Notes under the pieces: generated by a model
What the model saw: the letters and a program-made list of their open reading frames with translations, nothing else
Told to the model about the DNA's origin: nothing
The model's database searches: none
From: Felis catus
Taxonomy: Eukaryota
Length of the DNA: 64,000 nucleotides
Assembly: GCF_018350175.1 (NCBI RefSeq)
Contig: NC_058368.1
Coordinates: 38,566,001 to 38,630,000 of the forward strand
Reading direction: 5' to 3'
Part shown: positions 1 through 11,213 of the stretch, piece after piece
Position numbering within the stretch: the first letter of the stretch is position 1
How the letters are laid out: every line of letters starts with the position of its first letter
Translations under genes and position numbers: made by a program

Positions 1-961
1 TTCTCAGTCCAATCTACCACCATTAATACGGCCTAATTCACACTTTTGGGTTACTTATCTTGCCACTGTCTTAGTTGAATTTGTGAACCCAGATTTAAAT
101 ACTTGCTCATCAACATGTGTTTTTCTTGGGTTAATGCCTAACATCTGATTATTGCTGTTTGTTTGGCTTCCTTAGGCTTTACACCTGCGTTACTATAGAA
201 ACATCATCATAAATTCCACATTGTTTTATTTTCATATTTCCATTTTAATTTAGATGTCTGGAGTCAGAACTTGTGTTTGTCCTAAATTCTGTAGACTGTA
301 TGCTCACTATCGCGTCTAGTTAAACAGTCTTGCTCCAGTGTCAGGGTAGTGGGTGAATTATTGGCAAGCATTAAGAGAAACAGCCTTTAACACTTTGTAT
401 GCACTTTTAAGATCAGAGAGGATTTAGAGGGGTGGTGTGTGATTTTCTGGACTGGAAGTTAGCCAAGAAACTATTATGTTTATAGTTATATTGAGAAATA
501 TCCCAGAGCGGCTTTAAGTACTAAAAATAGAGACAAGAACCCATTTAATAGCAGCGCCAGTAGCCTGGTTTCTACCTACACCAAGTTGGGACTTTGGAAA
601 AGTATTTATGAGTGAACTCTCCTGAATCACTGATCCTACTTACTGCAGTAACTGATGTTTCCTTGGAGGTTTCCCATCTTCTCAGTTCACTCAGTCAGGT
701 TTATGAGATGTGACAGGATTGTAGTGCAAGGAGATGGCTGCTATTTATATAGCAGAGAGTAAAATTTGACAGTAAACTTAGGGAAAGTTTTGCAAAGATT
801 GCATCCTTTCTCTAATTTCCTATGGTTTATTTTCTGTGATGTGTACTCAACTCCACTCACTCTGACATTAAACTTTATTTTCTCTATTCCAAACTATAAA
901 AGTGTGTTTGGAATAGGTGTGTGTTTAAAGAATAAGAAATGGCTTCTTCTGTTTTATTTTT

Positions 962-1075
962 GTTGTTTTTTAAAAGCTTTATCAGGGTATAATTGATACA
1001 TGAGTAATTGTATATATTTAATGTGTCCAATTTAATGAGTTGGGACACAGGCAAACACTTGTGATACCCCACTGC
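962..1075 (-). mobile_element. Short 3' end fragment of an old L1 (L1M-type 3' UTR)
   Basis: T-rich tail followed by 'agctttatcagggtataattgataca...tgtatatatttaatgtgtccaatttaatgagtt', resembling the reverse complement of L1MA/MB 3' ends. Confidence 0.55.
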
Positions 1076-1089
1076 AAACAAAGTAATAG

Positions 1090-2583
1090 AACATACAATG
1101 GAGAAAAGATACTCTTTACAATAAGTAGTGTGGGTAAATACGATATCCATATGAAAAAAATAAAACCGTACCCTTATCTTACACTATACATAAAAATCAA
1201 CTCAAAATGGATTATACACATTTGTTTGTAAGACACAACTGTAAAACTTCTAGAAGATGTAAGAGAAAAGTTTCTTGATGTTGGTCTTGGGAATGACACA
1301 AAAAGCACAATCAACCAGATCAAAAAGAAGTGAGACTATCTCAAACTAAGAAACTTCTGCATGGAGGGACCCCTGGGTGACTCAGTCGCTTAAGAGTCCA
1401 TCTTTGGCTCAGGTCATGGTCTCACAGTAAGTGGGCTTGAGCCCCACATCAGGCCATCTTCTGTCAGTGTGGAGCCTGCTTTGGATCCTCTGCCCCCCTG
1501 TTTCTATGCCCCTCCCCCACCCATGTGTGCTCTTTCTCTCTCAAAAATAAACATTAAAAATTGTAAAAAAAAAAAAAAAGTAATTTCTGCATAGAAAAAA
1601 AGAAACAATCAACACAATGAAAAGACAACCTGGGTGGGGTGAGGGAGAATATTTTTAAATCATATATCTGATAAGTGATTAATTTCAGAAATATATAAGG
1701 AATGCTTACAAGTCAATAGCAAAAAATAGATAAAATTAAATAAAATAACCTGATTAAAAATGGGCAAAGGATTTGAATAGAGATTTCTCTAAAGAAGCTA
1801 TACAAATGGATAACAGGTATATGAAAAGATGCTTAACACTATTAATTATCAGGGAACTGCAAACAAAAGTATAATAAGACTTCACCCCACATCTGTTGGG
1901 ATAGCTATTGCTAAAGAAAAAAAAGATAAGCATTGGAAAGGTTGTGGAGAAATTGGAATCCTTGTTGACTCTTCATGGGAATGTAGAACGCTGCAGCCAC
2001 TATTAAAAACAGTATGGAGATTGCTTTAAAAATTACAAATAGAACTACCACATCCAGCAATCACAGTTCTAGGTATATATCCAAAAATTTTGAAATCAGC
2101 ATCTCAAAGAGATATCTGCATTCCCATTTTCATTAAGGCACTATTCACAATCACCAAGATATGGAAACAACCCAAGGGTCCATCAACAGAAAAAAGGGTA
2201 AAGGAAACGTGGTATGTACATACAATGGAATTTGTTCAGCCTTAAAAAAGGAAGGAAATCCTGACACTTGCAACAACGTGGATGAGCCTGAAAGTTATTA
2301 TGCTAAATGAAATAAGCCAGTCACAGAAGGACAACAATTCCATTTATATGTGGTATATAAAATAGTCAGCCACATAGAAGCAAGAGTAAAATAATGGTTG
2401 CCCAGGACTAAGACGTGGGGGAAAAGGGGAGCTGTCATTCAATGGATATAGTTTCAGTTATGATAGGCAAATAACTTCTAGAGATATGACAACTTAGTGC
2501 CTATAGCCAATAATACGGTATCATGTACTTCAATATTTAAGAGGGGAGGTCTCATGTTAATTATTGTTACCATAAAAAAGAAA
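1090..2583 (+). mobile_element. 5'-truncated old L1 (ORF2 C-terminus and 3' UTR), interrupted by a SINE
   Basis: Degenerate ORF2 motifs (KINSKWI; 'aaaacagtatggagattgcttt'; 'ggaaacaacccaagggtccatcaacaga'), L1 3' UTR and A-rich end. Confidence 0.9.
1365..1579 (+). mobile_element. Can-SINE (tRNA-derived carnivore SINE) inserted in L1
   Basis: gggac-cctgggtgactcagtc head, CT-rich region, AATAAA and A tail; TSD aagaaacttctgcatgg (1348-1364) / aagtaatttctgcatag (1578-1594). Confidence 0.95.
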
Positions 2584-3529
2584 TGGCCTCTCTTAATAAA
2601 GTATGCTCCAGCACCACATAAGTAATTTTTGCATCACCCCATCTGAACATATAAACAATGTTTATCAAATTAAATGGTGTCTTAAAAACTTAACTTTATT
2701 TCTTGCCCAGTAGTCTATTTGTTGATCTAGTTAATTTCAATTCAAATGTAGTTGCATGTTTTAATTTAATCATCTCACAGAAAGAGAAAAGGACCAAGGC
2801 ATTTTTTTTAATGACATGTATTTTCCAGTCTTTTACTCTCTGAACATTACTATTAGTAAACTCAAATTTGAGGACCACGTATTGGTATCAATCTTGATAT
2901 CAGTTAACTTTCTGTGACCTATAATGAAAATGTAATTTATTTTTGGTTCGCTGGTTTACCTTGATAGTCATAATGCTCTAGAAAACAATAAGAAAATATC
3001 TAATTATTATCATGATGCCCTCTATTCAAATATTTGAAGACTTGCTTTAATAAGCTGTACACATTTTTGTTTGATTTTGGGGGCCAATGCACAAGCCCAT
3101 GAAAGAGGGACCCGTTGAAGTATGTCAAGTTGCAACCACCACCACTAAAAGATAATTCCAAAACTATCTGTTTTATGTCACTCAGATTGCTTAATAACGA
3201 TGGCTGGTTTAAGATGAAATACCAGATATACTTTAAATTTTATATGAGGCAGGGGAATTATTTGAAAGGCATAGAGTTTAGGATGTGTAAGATATCTGAG
3301 AGAGCCAGGGACTGATAATAATTTAAGACATGAAACCCTAAGTCGGCACCATGTTTTTCCCACCCAGCACTTTAAAGCATTGGTGCAACAATGTCTTCTG
3401 GTTTGTATTGTTTTTGATGGGAAGTTGGCCATCTGAAATGTTTTGACCTGCATGAAATGCACTTTTATCTCCAATTTAAAGTTGTAGCTCTTTGCTCTGC
3501 TCCTAGGTTATTTTGTTGATCCTGCCCAG

Positions 3530-4020
3530 GGGTCACTGAGATTCCTGAATCTGTACACTTATGTCTTTTACCAAATGTGGGAAATTTTCAGTTATTATTG
3601 ATGTCTTAAAATATTTTTCTTTCTGCCACATTCTCCCTCTTGCTTTTCCCAACTCCAATGATATGCATGTGAGCACATGATATTGTTCCACATGGCCATG
3701 AGATTCCACTCATATTTTAAATCTTTTTTCCATTTGATCTTTTGTTCTCCATTTTTTTCTTTTCTGTTTCCTCACTCTATATGCCATTTCTTTTTTTCCT
3801 CTTTATTTTCTAGTCTTCATTGAAATTCCTATATATTTTCACTTATAACAAGTATATGTTATGTTCTCAAGTATTGTGACAATAACTTAAAAATCTTTGC
3901 TGATTTCAAAATTTGGAATACATCAAGGTCAGTTTCCATTAGTTGCCATTTCTTCTCATTATGAATAATATTTTTCTTTTCTTATGTAGAATAATTTTGG
4001 TTTGTATCCTGGAGTTATGA
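3530..4020 (-). mobile_element. Ancient L1 fragment (ORF1 region)
   Basis: 'ccaaatgtgggaaattttcagttattatt' is the reverse complement of the ORF1 IITENFP motif; T-rich on the plus strand. Confidence 0.6.
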
Positions 4021-5266
4021 ACTACACGTGGAAGAGATCTGAATTGTGTTGTTTCTCCAAATAAGCATTAATTTTTGTTATTGTTTTATCAAGCAGTTTA
4101 CCTGCCCCAATGAAAAACTCATTGCTGCTGTGAGAAGCCACTGAATTTTCAGTTCAGAGTTATAGACTTAGTTGGAGATGTTTGTTATTCATCCCAAATA
4201 TTCCTATTGCAAATATTAGGGAGATATTATATATAGCACTTGGTGCCATGTCTCTCTAAAGTCTCCTTTCCAAGATTCCTCTCCACATGTAATGTGTTGT
4301 AAATATTCGGAAATGCACCCGCCAGTCCATCAAGTCAGTAGGATGAGAATCTCTATACCAGTTTTATGGCTCTACATGGTGTGGACTAGGGATCCTCTTC
4401 ATTCTAAAAGTCATAAAAATGGGAAACTCACCCATAACTGTTCTCTTCTTCCAAGTGTTGAACACTTCCAGAATCTGTTTGCTTTTGGTCACTCTCCAGA
4501 GGCTTTCGGTAAGTTGTTTTATATTTGTGTATTTGTGGGAGAGTTAGTTTAAATGAAACGATTTAATTTACTTTAAAAAGTAAATTTGTTATCAAATGCC
4601 CACTCCCCTTAAAGTCCCTACAAAATACCTACTGATTTCATTAGGCTTTCACATTGAGGGAGAATGCCACATTGACAGAACCTTTCTACAAAAGGTAGAA
4701 ATCTGGAAAAAATACTTATAAAATCTTGGGATATAGACAGAGTGACTTTAAAAGAATCTTTCAAGGTGGAAAGTTGGCTGAGAATGTGCACAGTTTATAA
4801 TATTAAAGTTTGGTTTTGTGGGCAGAGTAAAACAAGGGTTTCTACATGAGCTTCATGAGGAAGGTGTTAGTTTTTGTAGTTTTGCTATTTCAGTTTGTTC
4901 AAAGGCTTATCTTTCAGTAGCAAATATTTCCAGAAGCAAGTTGTTATGTTATTATTATGTGATTCCAGTATTGATTAGCCCAGAAACAGAAAAGTATGTT
5001 TTTTCAATTCCCAACACTTAATCTTTCATAATGTATTCAAAGTGGTGAGTGGAATGTTTGTGAAAAGATACAGATTAATAAAAATAATGTATTTGTTAAT
5101 TAGTAACAGTTTCAATTGTTAAAATAACATTTTGTAACTTCATCTAAAATAAATATCTGGAAAACAAGAACTCAAATATTTGGCTTACAAATATGAAAAA
5201 ATATTATTTTGATGCAAATTGATTAATTTACATTATAGTTTGCTCTTCAATTTGATATATGTTAAA

Positions 5267-5284
5267 AAATTTTTAATGTTTATT

Positions 5285-5327
<43 letters not shown>

Positions 5328-5487
5328 CTGAGTGGGGGGAGCAGGGGAGGGGGCACAGAATCTGAAGCAGGCTCCAGGCTCTGAGCCATCAGCACAGAGC
5401 CCCATGCTGGGCTTGAACTCACAACTCATGAGATCATGACCTGAGCCAAAGACTGACTCTTAACTGACTGAGCCAGCCAGGTACCCC
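5267..5487 (-). mobile_element. Can-SINE with expanded (GA)n
   Basis: Reverse SINE body ending gtacccc; TSD aatttgatatatgttaaa (5249-5266) / aatttgatttatgttaaa (5488-5505). Confidence 0.95.
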
Positions 5488-5596
5488 AATTTGATTTATG
5501 TTAAATTTAAAATTGAATCAGTATATAGTTTGATAAAGTTAATTGGTAAACCTAGACCCACAAAACAGAGGTCTCTACAGTGGCCTGATCTTTAAA

Positions 5597-5829
5597 AATT
5601 TATTTATTTTTTTAATGCTTATTCATTTTTGAGGGAGAGAGAGAGAAACACAGAGCATGAGCAGGGAAGAGGCAGAGAAAGAAGTAGACCCAGAATCGGA
5701 AGCAGACTCCAGGCTCCAAGCTGTCATCACTGAACCCGATGTGGCCTTGGAACCCAAGAGCCGTGAGATCATGACCTGAGCCGAGATTAAGATTGGACGG
5801 CTCATCGGACTGAACCACCCACGCGCCCC
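5597..5829 (-). mobile_element. Can-SINE
   Basis: Reverse SINE body ending gcgcccc; degenerate TSD tggcctgatctttaaa / tggcctggctttttaaa. Confidence 0.95.
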
Positions 5830-5849
5830 TGGCCTGGCTTTTTAAATCT

Positions 5850-6580
5850 AGCAGCCCGCAATTAGGGGAAGCACCTGTGAAGGAAGCCTAACTGACACCA
5901 CCTATTCCCGGATCTCAGCTTTAGCTCCTTCCCCCTCACCTTAGAAAATAGGATCCACCTGCCCTGGGAGGTAATCCTCGGCCTCCCAGCCAATCAGGCC
6001 CTGCTTCCTCCTTTCCACGTCTACCGCGGCCGGCCCAGTATAAAGCTGCTCCGGGCCAAACTTCCTGCACCAGTCTGTGCTGTGCGGCAGGTGCAGGTCT
6101 CCTGTCTTCGGTGGATCCTTTCACCTAGAATAAAGGGCACCAAAGCCCTTCCTAAGTAGTTTGACAGTGAGGCAGACTTGGAGACAGCAGCCGAAGACGC
6201 CAGGTCGGCCCTTAGACGCAGGTGAAGCTACTGGACCCTCTGCTGAGATCTCGGTAAGCTTGTCTTCTATGCAGCTCGCTTTATTTCCAGTTCTGAGCTC
6301 TTTTCTGGTCTTCGGCCTTCCGGGGGGAAAACTGGGATCTGAGCCTCCACGTTTTTCAGTGAGACCCACTGGGGCACACACAGCATATGGGTTTGTGGCC
6401 CGCCTCGTATGCGTGGTAGGCGCCTTGGGGAGGAACTAGCAAGTCTCAGGAACTGTGTTTAGGCGGCCGGAAACCTTTCGACTGGTTGAATTAGGATTAT
6501 TTCCGCAGAGAATCACGGGTACCCCTGGCCTCAAAACTGCACTGTGGTGGTGTTGAGGCTTCACAAAAGCCTCACGATAA
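5850..6580 (+). promoter_or_regulatory. CpG-rich RNA polymerase II promoter and first exon (CCAAT, TATA, Inr)
   Basis: AGCCAATCAG with CCAAT at 5990-5994; TATAAAG at 6039-6045; ETS-like ACTTCCTG at 6060-6067; Inr-like CCAGTCT at 6070-6076; about 25-30 CpGs counted by eye in ~0.7 kb against a CpG-depleted background; splice donor G|GTAAGC at 6253/6254. Confidence 0.7.
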
Positions 6581-6610
6581 ATTCACAGTTTAAATAAGTA
6601 CACGTGTTTT

Positions 6611-6643
6611 GTGTGTGTGTGTGTGTGTGAGTGTGTGTGTGTG
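6611..6643. repeat. (GT)n microsatellite
   Basis: Directly visible. Confidence 0.95.
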
Positions 6644-6815
6644 TTTTCCATTTTGTAATGGTAAGTTTGGTTAACAGTGGTGACGTCCGTCAGAAAAAAT
6701 ATAGTTAAGAAAACCTGCTTTTAGGTAAGTGCTAACAGCAGCCTACAATATGCGTTTTAAAGCCAGCATTAATTTAAGTACTAAAAATCCACATTATCTT
6801 TTACTTCTGTTGTAG

Positions 6816-6832
6816 GCAATCTTCAAAGGAAG
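6816..6832 (+). other. Candidate 17-nt micro-exon (GCAATCTTCAAAGGAAG)
   Basis: Branch-like TACTAAA at 6779-6785, pyrimidine tract, TAG acceptor ending 6815, and donor AAG|GTAAGA at 6833. Confidence 0.55.
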
Positions 6833-7803
6833 GTAAGAGGAGAGTATGCTATCTTATCATGATATTTGTTTAAATAAATGACTTATGGAGGAATATTCAG
6901 AGAGTGAGAACCTTTCCAGCAACAACCAAATAATTTGAGTTTAGCCCAGAAAAATCCCTTAGGGTCTTGATTAAAGGGCAAAAATAGCAACAACCAAACA
7001 GGCAATATAAAAATACCACCACCAACATAAATGTCACCTTTTGGAAATTTTGGGTTGAGAAAAATACTGTGAGAAAAATATATATTGGCAGTGTTTATAA
7101 TAAAGGAGAAACAGAAGTAGCCCATGTGAAAAGCCAAAATAAAGGAATTTTTTTTTTTCCATTTTACTTATGAGAATGCCAGATTAACACTCTGCAGATA
7201 TAAGATAGGAATGATTTGGGAAAATACTTTATTCTTTTTATATATCTCAACACTTTATACAGTCTCTGGAATCTCTGAAGTCTCTTCCTTTCTACTTGAT
7301 CACCACTAATTTCTTGTCATGTTCCATATTTTAAATCAAAATTACCAGTTAGAATAATTCTTATTTTTCTTCTCTTACCTAAGCAAGCCCACAGCCAAAG
7401 ATACTGTGATAGTGTGGTGATTTTTGCAAGTGTTAGTTGTTTCTATGTGGAAATGTTTTGGAAAAACCATAGCATATTCAGGTGTAAAGTGAGCCAGATT
7501 CTGCTGGATCTGTATAGATCCCAAACAAAACTGAAGATAGCAAATATGCCTTTATTCTTTTTCAAAGAAACCAACCTGATATCTTCTTTTTTCCTGTTTT
7601 TTTTTAAGGTAATTAGACTTTTCTGTATTTCTCCTGGTTGTTAAAAATATGTAAATAGAAGCTCTCTAGCTAGAATATTTGGAGCTGGATTTCTGACTCT
7701 ATTAGATTTACAGATGATGTTGCTGAGAATTCAGTTTTATTTTCCTGTTTCTAGGAGACCTTATTTTTGTTTTCATTGCTTAACTGAGAAATAGGTAATC
7801 TAT

Positions 7804-8006
7804 GGGGTGCCTGGATGGCTCAGTTGGTTAAGTCTGATTTTGGCTCAGGTCATGAACTCAAGGTTCGTGAGTTCAAGACCTGTGTGGGGCTCTGTGCTGA
7901 CAGCCTGGAGCTTGCTTCAGGTTCTATGTATCCCTCTCACTCTGTGCCTCCCCCACTCGCTTCTGTACTTTCTCTCTCCAAAAATGAATAAACATTAAAA
8001 TTAAAA
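7804..8006 (+). mobile_element. Can-SINE
   Basis: ggggtgcctggatggctcag head; TSD aaataggtaatctat (7789-7803) / aaataggtaatatat (8007-8021). Confidence 0.95.
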
Positions 8007-8463
8007 AAATAGGTAATATATAGTGTTTAGGTATATGAAATTTACTTTATTGACTATTAACTTGAGCTCTTAAATTATTTTGCTTTCACAAATAAGATAT
8101 AATGTTCTAAGATTAAGTTCAAATATGAAAAATACATTGATTCACTGTGTAGATAGAAACAAATACAATTTACTAATTATAAAAATATGGTAAACTTCCA
8201 CTCTCCTGAAGAATTGTTGGGTGGCTTAATAGAACTGACCATTATTTTTCATCAACCAGTATTTTTATCATCTAAAATTTAATTGGGCATGTTGTTTTGA
8301 AGAAATGTGACCTTGTATAACATTTTACTATTACCGGTGGACACTTGTGTTGTGTCAGTGGAGCTCTCAGTTCTTGGATTTCCCACCGGAGATTTACATG
8401 AGAAGTCACACTCCAATAAAGATAGCCAGAAGGAAAGTAGTAAGCACTAAACAGTTTATTAAG

Positions 8464-8690
8464 ATTTAATGTTTGTATTTATTTTTGAGAGAGAGACAGA
8501 GCATGAGCAGGGGAGGGGCAGAGAGAGAGGGAGACACAGAATCTGAAGTAGGCTCCAGGCTCGGAGCTGTCAGTACAGAGCCTGACCCGGGGGGTGGGGG
8601 TGGGGGTGGGGGGGGTCAAACTCATGGACTGTGAGATCATGACCTGAGCCGAAGTCGGACGCTTAACCGACTGAGCCACCCAGGTGCCCC
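8464..8690 (-). mobile_element. Can-SINE containing a (G5T)n expansion
   Basis: TSD taaacagtttattaag (8448-8463) / taaacagttttttaag (8691-8706). Confidence 0.95.
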
Positions 8691-9022
8691 TAAACAGTTT
8701 TTTAAGGACCATACACTCTCAAGATGGGAGAAGGGGCAGGCCCAGCAGTGGCAACTGCCCTGGGATTAGGGGTGTCTTTTGTTTTTATGTTTGCATAGAT
8801 TATGGGCCCTAGCTAGGGCATCTAGCTAAGGTTGTTTCCAATTGTCTAAGTAACTTCTGGTTGGAAGGGGAGTTTGTGGCCTTATAAGGTTGTTTCTAGA
8901 ACTGTCATGGCCATCTTCCCCCATGGGTTAGGGGGGTTGAGAGGTTGAAACTGCAGGTAAATACTTTGTAATGAGCTATAGGTTATTGTAGGACCCAAGC
9001 TGGAAGCACATGCTCTGCACCT

Positions 9023-9023
<1 letters not shown>

Positions 9024-9078
<55 letters not shown>
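9024..9078. repeat. Pure poly(T) run, 55 nt
   Basis: Directly visible. Confidence 0.95.
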
Positions 9079-9493
9079 CTTGCTCTGATGGCCCCAGGAG
9101 CTGGGTGACCACAAACGACCGTTTACCACCACCCTTGCTTCCAGCCCATATTTAGCTAATGGCCTACGCCATCATTACTACTCGTCTATCCTCAATCCAA
9201 CTTGATGTCTTCATTACTTTGAACATGAACATATATTGCTTTAGTGTTATAATATATATTTGAATCATTCCAATTTCCCCACTTTTGCTTTACTTTGCAT
9301 CTCAGAATGGAGATACCAAGGCATATTTTGATTGCAAGAGGAAGACTTAAGCATAAAATATGTTCCTAGCACTGTGTTAGATACCAGATTTCTTCACCAG
9401 TAAGGTTTTACTGTTGAGCTAAACTAAATATCTTCACCTAATCTGTTTTCAGTTTTTCTCAGGACTTTTTCTTAATACATGTTCTTTTAATAG

Positions 9494-9581
9494 GATTTGT
9501 TGTTTGAAATACCCTTATACAAAAGCAAGCAGTCTTTAAATCACCACAACAGGCTATAAAATCTGTTTCCCACATCATGAG
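9494..9581 (+). other. Candidate non-coding or start-codon exon (alternative acceptor gives start at 9463)
   Basis: Acceptors ttttctcag (9462) and cttttaatag (9493); donor GAG|GTAAGA at 9582; ATG at 9577-9579 just before the donor. Confidence 0.35.
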
Positions 9582-9821
9582 GTAAGATTCAGAAAACACC
9601 ATTAAAGCAGTATTTCAGTGAAAACAGTTATTACTCTTTCTTTCTAATTAGTATTTTTTTTCAGACTATATCCCAGTCTCCTGCTTTTTTATACCTGAAA
9701 CCCTCATTGTCACAATATTTCAATCTTGTTGTCTTTGCTACCACTTGCAACATAATTCAATATATCTAGATCAACCACAGCCATTCCATTTGGATGTATC
9801 TTTCTACTAGCCCTAAGACCC

Positions 9822-10501
9822 TGTTGCTTTTGGGGGAAATTCAATTAAAAACAAAATCTGCCTATTCAGAAAACCCTTCCACAAAGGTAGAATATAAATT
9901 GTTTTATTATTTAAGGGGCACTAGACCAGAATGTGATGCATATCTCAAGAAATCCACTAAAAGATTACAAAAACAGAAAGAAATCGTACCCTTTAATATA
10001 CCCAGGTGTATACACCCCATTACTTGTTCCTGAGATGAACAGTAACTAGGTCTCAAGTAACAGGACTTGATGGCACTGTTTGTCAAGTGTACTTTATCAT
10101 AGGTTCATTTGGTAATTGCAGTGGCCATCTGTGTTTGATTGGCTTTATCCTAAGGAAAAGTAAACTACTCCTACCTTTGACAGGAGATGATTTAGCAACT
10201 TGGAGGGATGTCCCCATGGAAGTTAGGTTCTTAACATTCCACAAACTGGAGGTGAGAGCGCTATCTTCCTTGCTGATTACTTTTCAAAGAGATGCCCTGC
10301 AAGTCCTTGAGAAGACCATTCCTGGGGCATTAAGCCTGCAGGAGTTTTATTTACCTTTTAAGAAAAATTTACATACATTTTGAAGAGACAGAATTTACAA
10401 GTTATTTGAAGTAAATGGCCTAAGGAAAAGGTAGGGGAGAAGTCTTTTTCCTTACTTTCAACAGGTAGATTTCAGACTCTTAATTAGTATCTGCTGTTAC
10501 A
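9822..10501 (-). mobile_element. MER34/MER39-like ERV1 LTR
   Basis: Reverse complement begins tgtaacagcagatactaattaagagtctgaaatctacctgttgaaagtaaggaaaaagacttctcccc, resembling MER34-family 5' ends; reverse AATAAA near 9903. Confidence 0.65.
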
Positions 10502-10505
10502 CTAC

Positions 10506-11213
10506 TGTATTAGGTTTATCCAGAGAAGAAGAATTGATAGGATATGGATTCATGTAGTTATGCAGGCTGAGAAATTCCAAGATCTGCAGTTAGCAAGCTG
10601 GAGCCCCAGGAAAGTTGATGGTGCAGTTCCAATCAGAATTCAAAGGCCTACAGGGCACATGGATGGCTCAGTTGGTTGAGAGTCTGACTTCAGCTCACAC
10701 CATGATCTCAGGTTTCATGAGTTCGAGCCCTACTTCAGGCTTCCTGCTGTCAGCCTGTCAGAGCAGAGCCTGCTTTGGATCCTCTGGTCCCCTTCTCTCT
10801 GCCCCTCCCCTACTTGTGCTCTCCTCAAAATAAATACATATTATTAAAAAAAAAAAAAATCCAAAGTCCTGAGAAGAAGGACCTGCTGATGTAGTTCTAG
10901 TCTGAAAGCCAACAGTCTCTTGATTCAGGAAGAGATGATGTTTTAGTTGGAGTTGAAGGCAGGATAGATGTATGTCCATGTTCCAGCCCAAGACCATAAT
11001 ACAGGAGGCATTCTCTTTTCTGGGAGGGTCAACCTTTTTGCTGTTCAGGCCTTTAGTAGGTTGGGTGAGGGAGAGCAATGTGCTTTACTCAGTCTTGATT
11101 CAAATGTTAATCTCCTTCAAAATGCTCTCACAGAAACACACAGAATAATACTTGACCAGATATTCAGACACCTGCTGGTCGAGGCAAATTGACACATTAA
11201 ATTAACCATTACG
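10506..11213 (-). mobile_element. MLT2 (ERV-L) LTR, interrupted by a SINE
   Basis: Starts tgtattaggtttatccagagaa and ends ttgacacattaaattaaccattac, the hallmark MLT2 termini in reverse. Confidence 0.85.
10652..10857 (+). mobile_element. Can-SINE within MLT2
   Basis: SINE head and A tail; TSD aattcaaaggcct / aatccaaagtcct. Confidence 0.95.

Larger units (their letters stand above)
8348..9194 (-). mobile_element. Probable ERV1-class solo LTR, interrupted by a SINE and a poly(T)
   Basis: TG...CA-type ends, reverse AATAAA (tttatt at 8455-8460) and GC-richer LTR-like body; family not identified, no clear TSD. Confidence 0.45.

Noticed and set aside
5990..6019. ER-stress element (CCAAT-N9-CCACG)
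   Set aside because: The spacing between CCAAT and CCACG is about 20 nt, not 9
8882..9112. Poly-lysine ORF
   Set aside because: Translation of the poly(T) run
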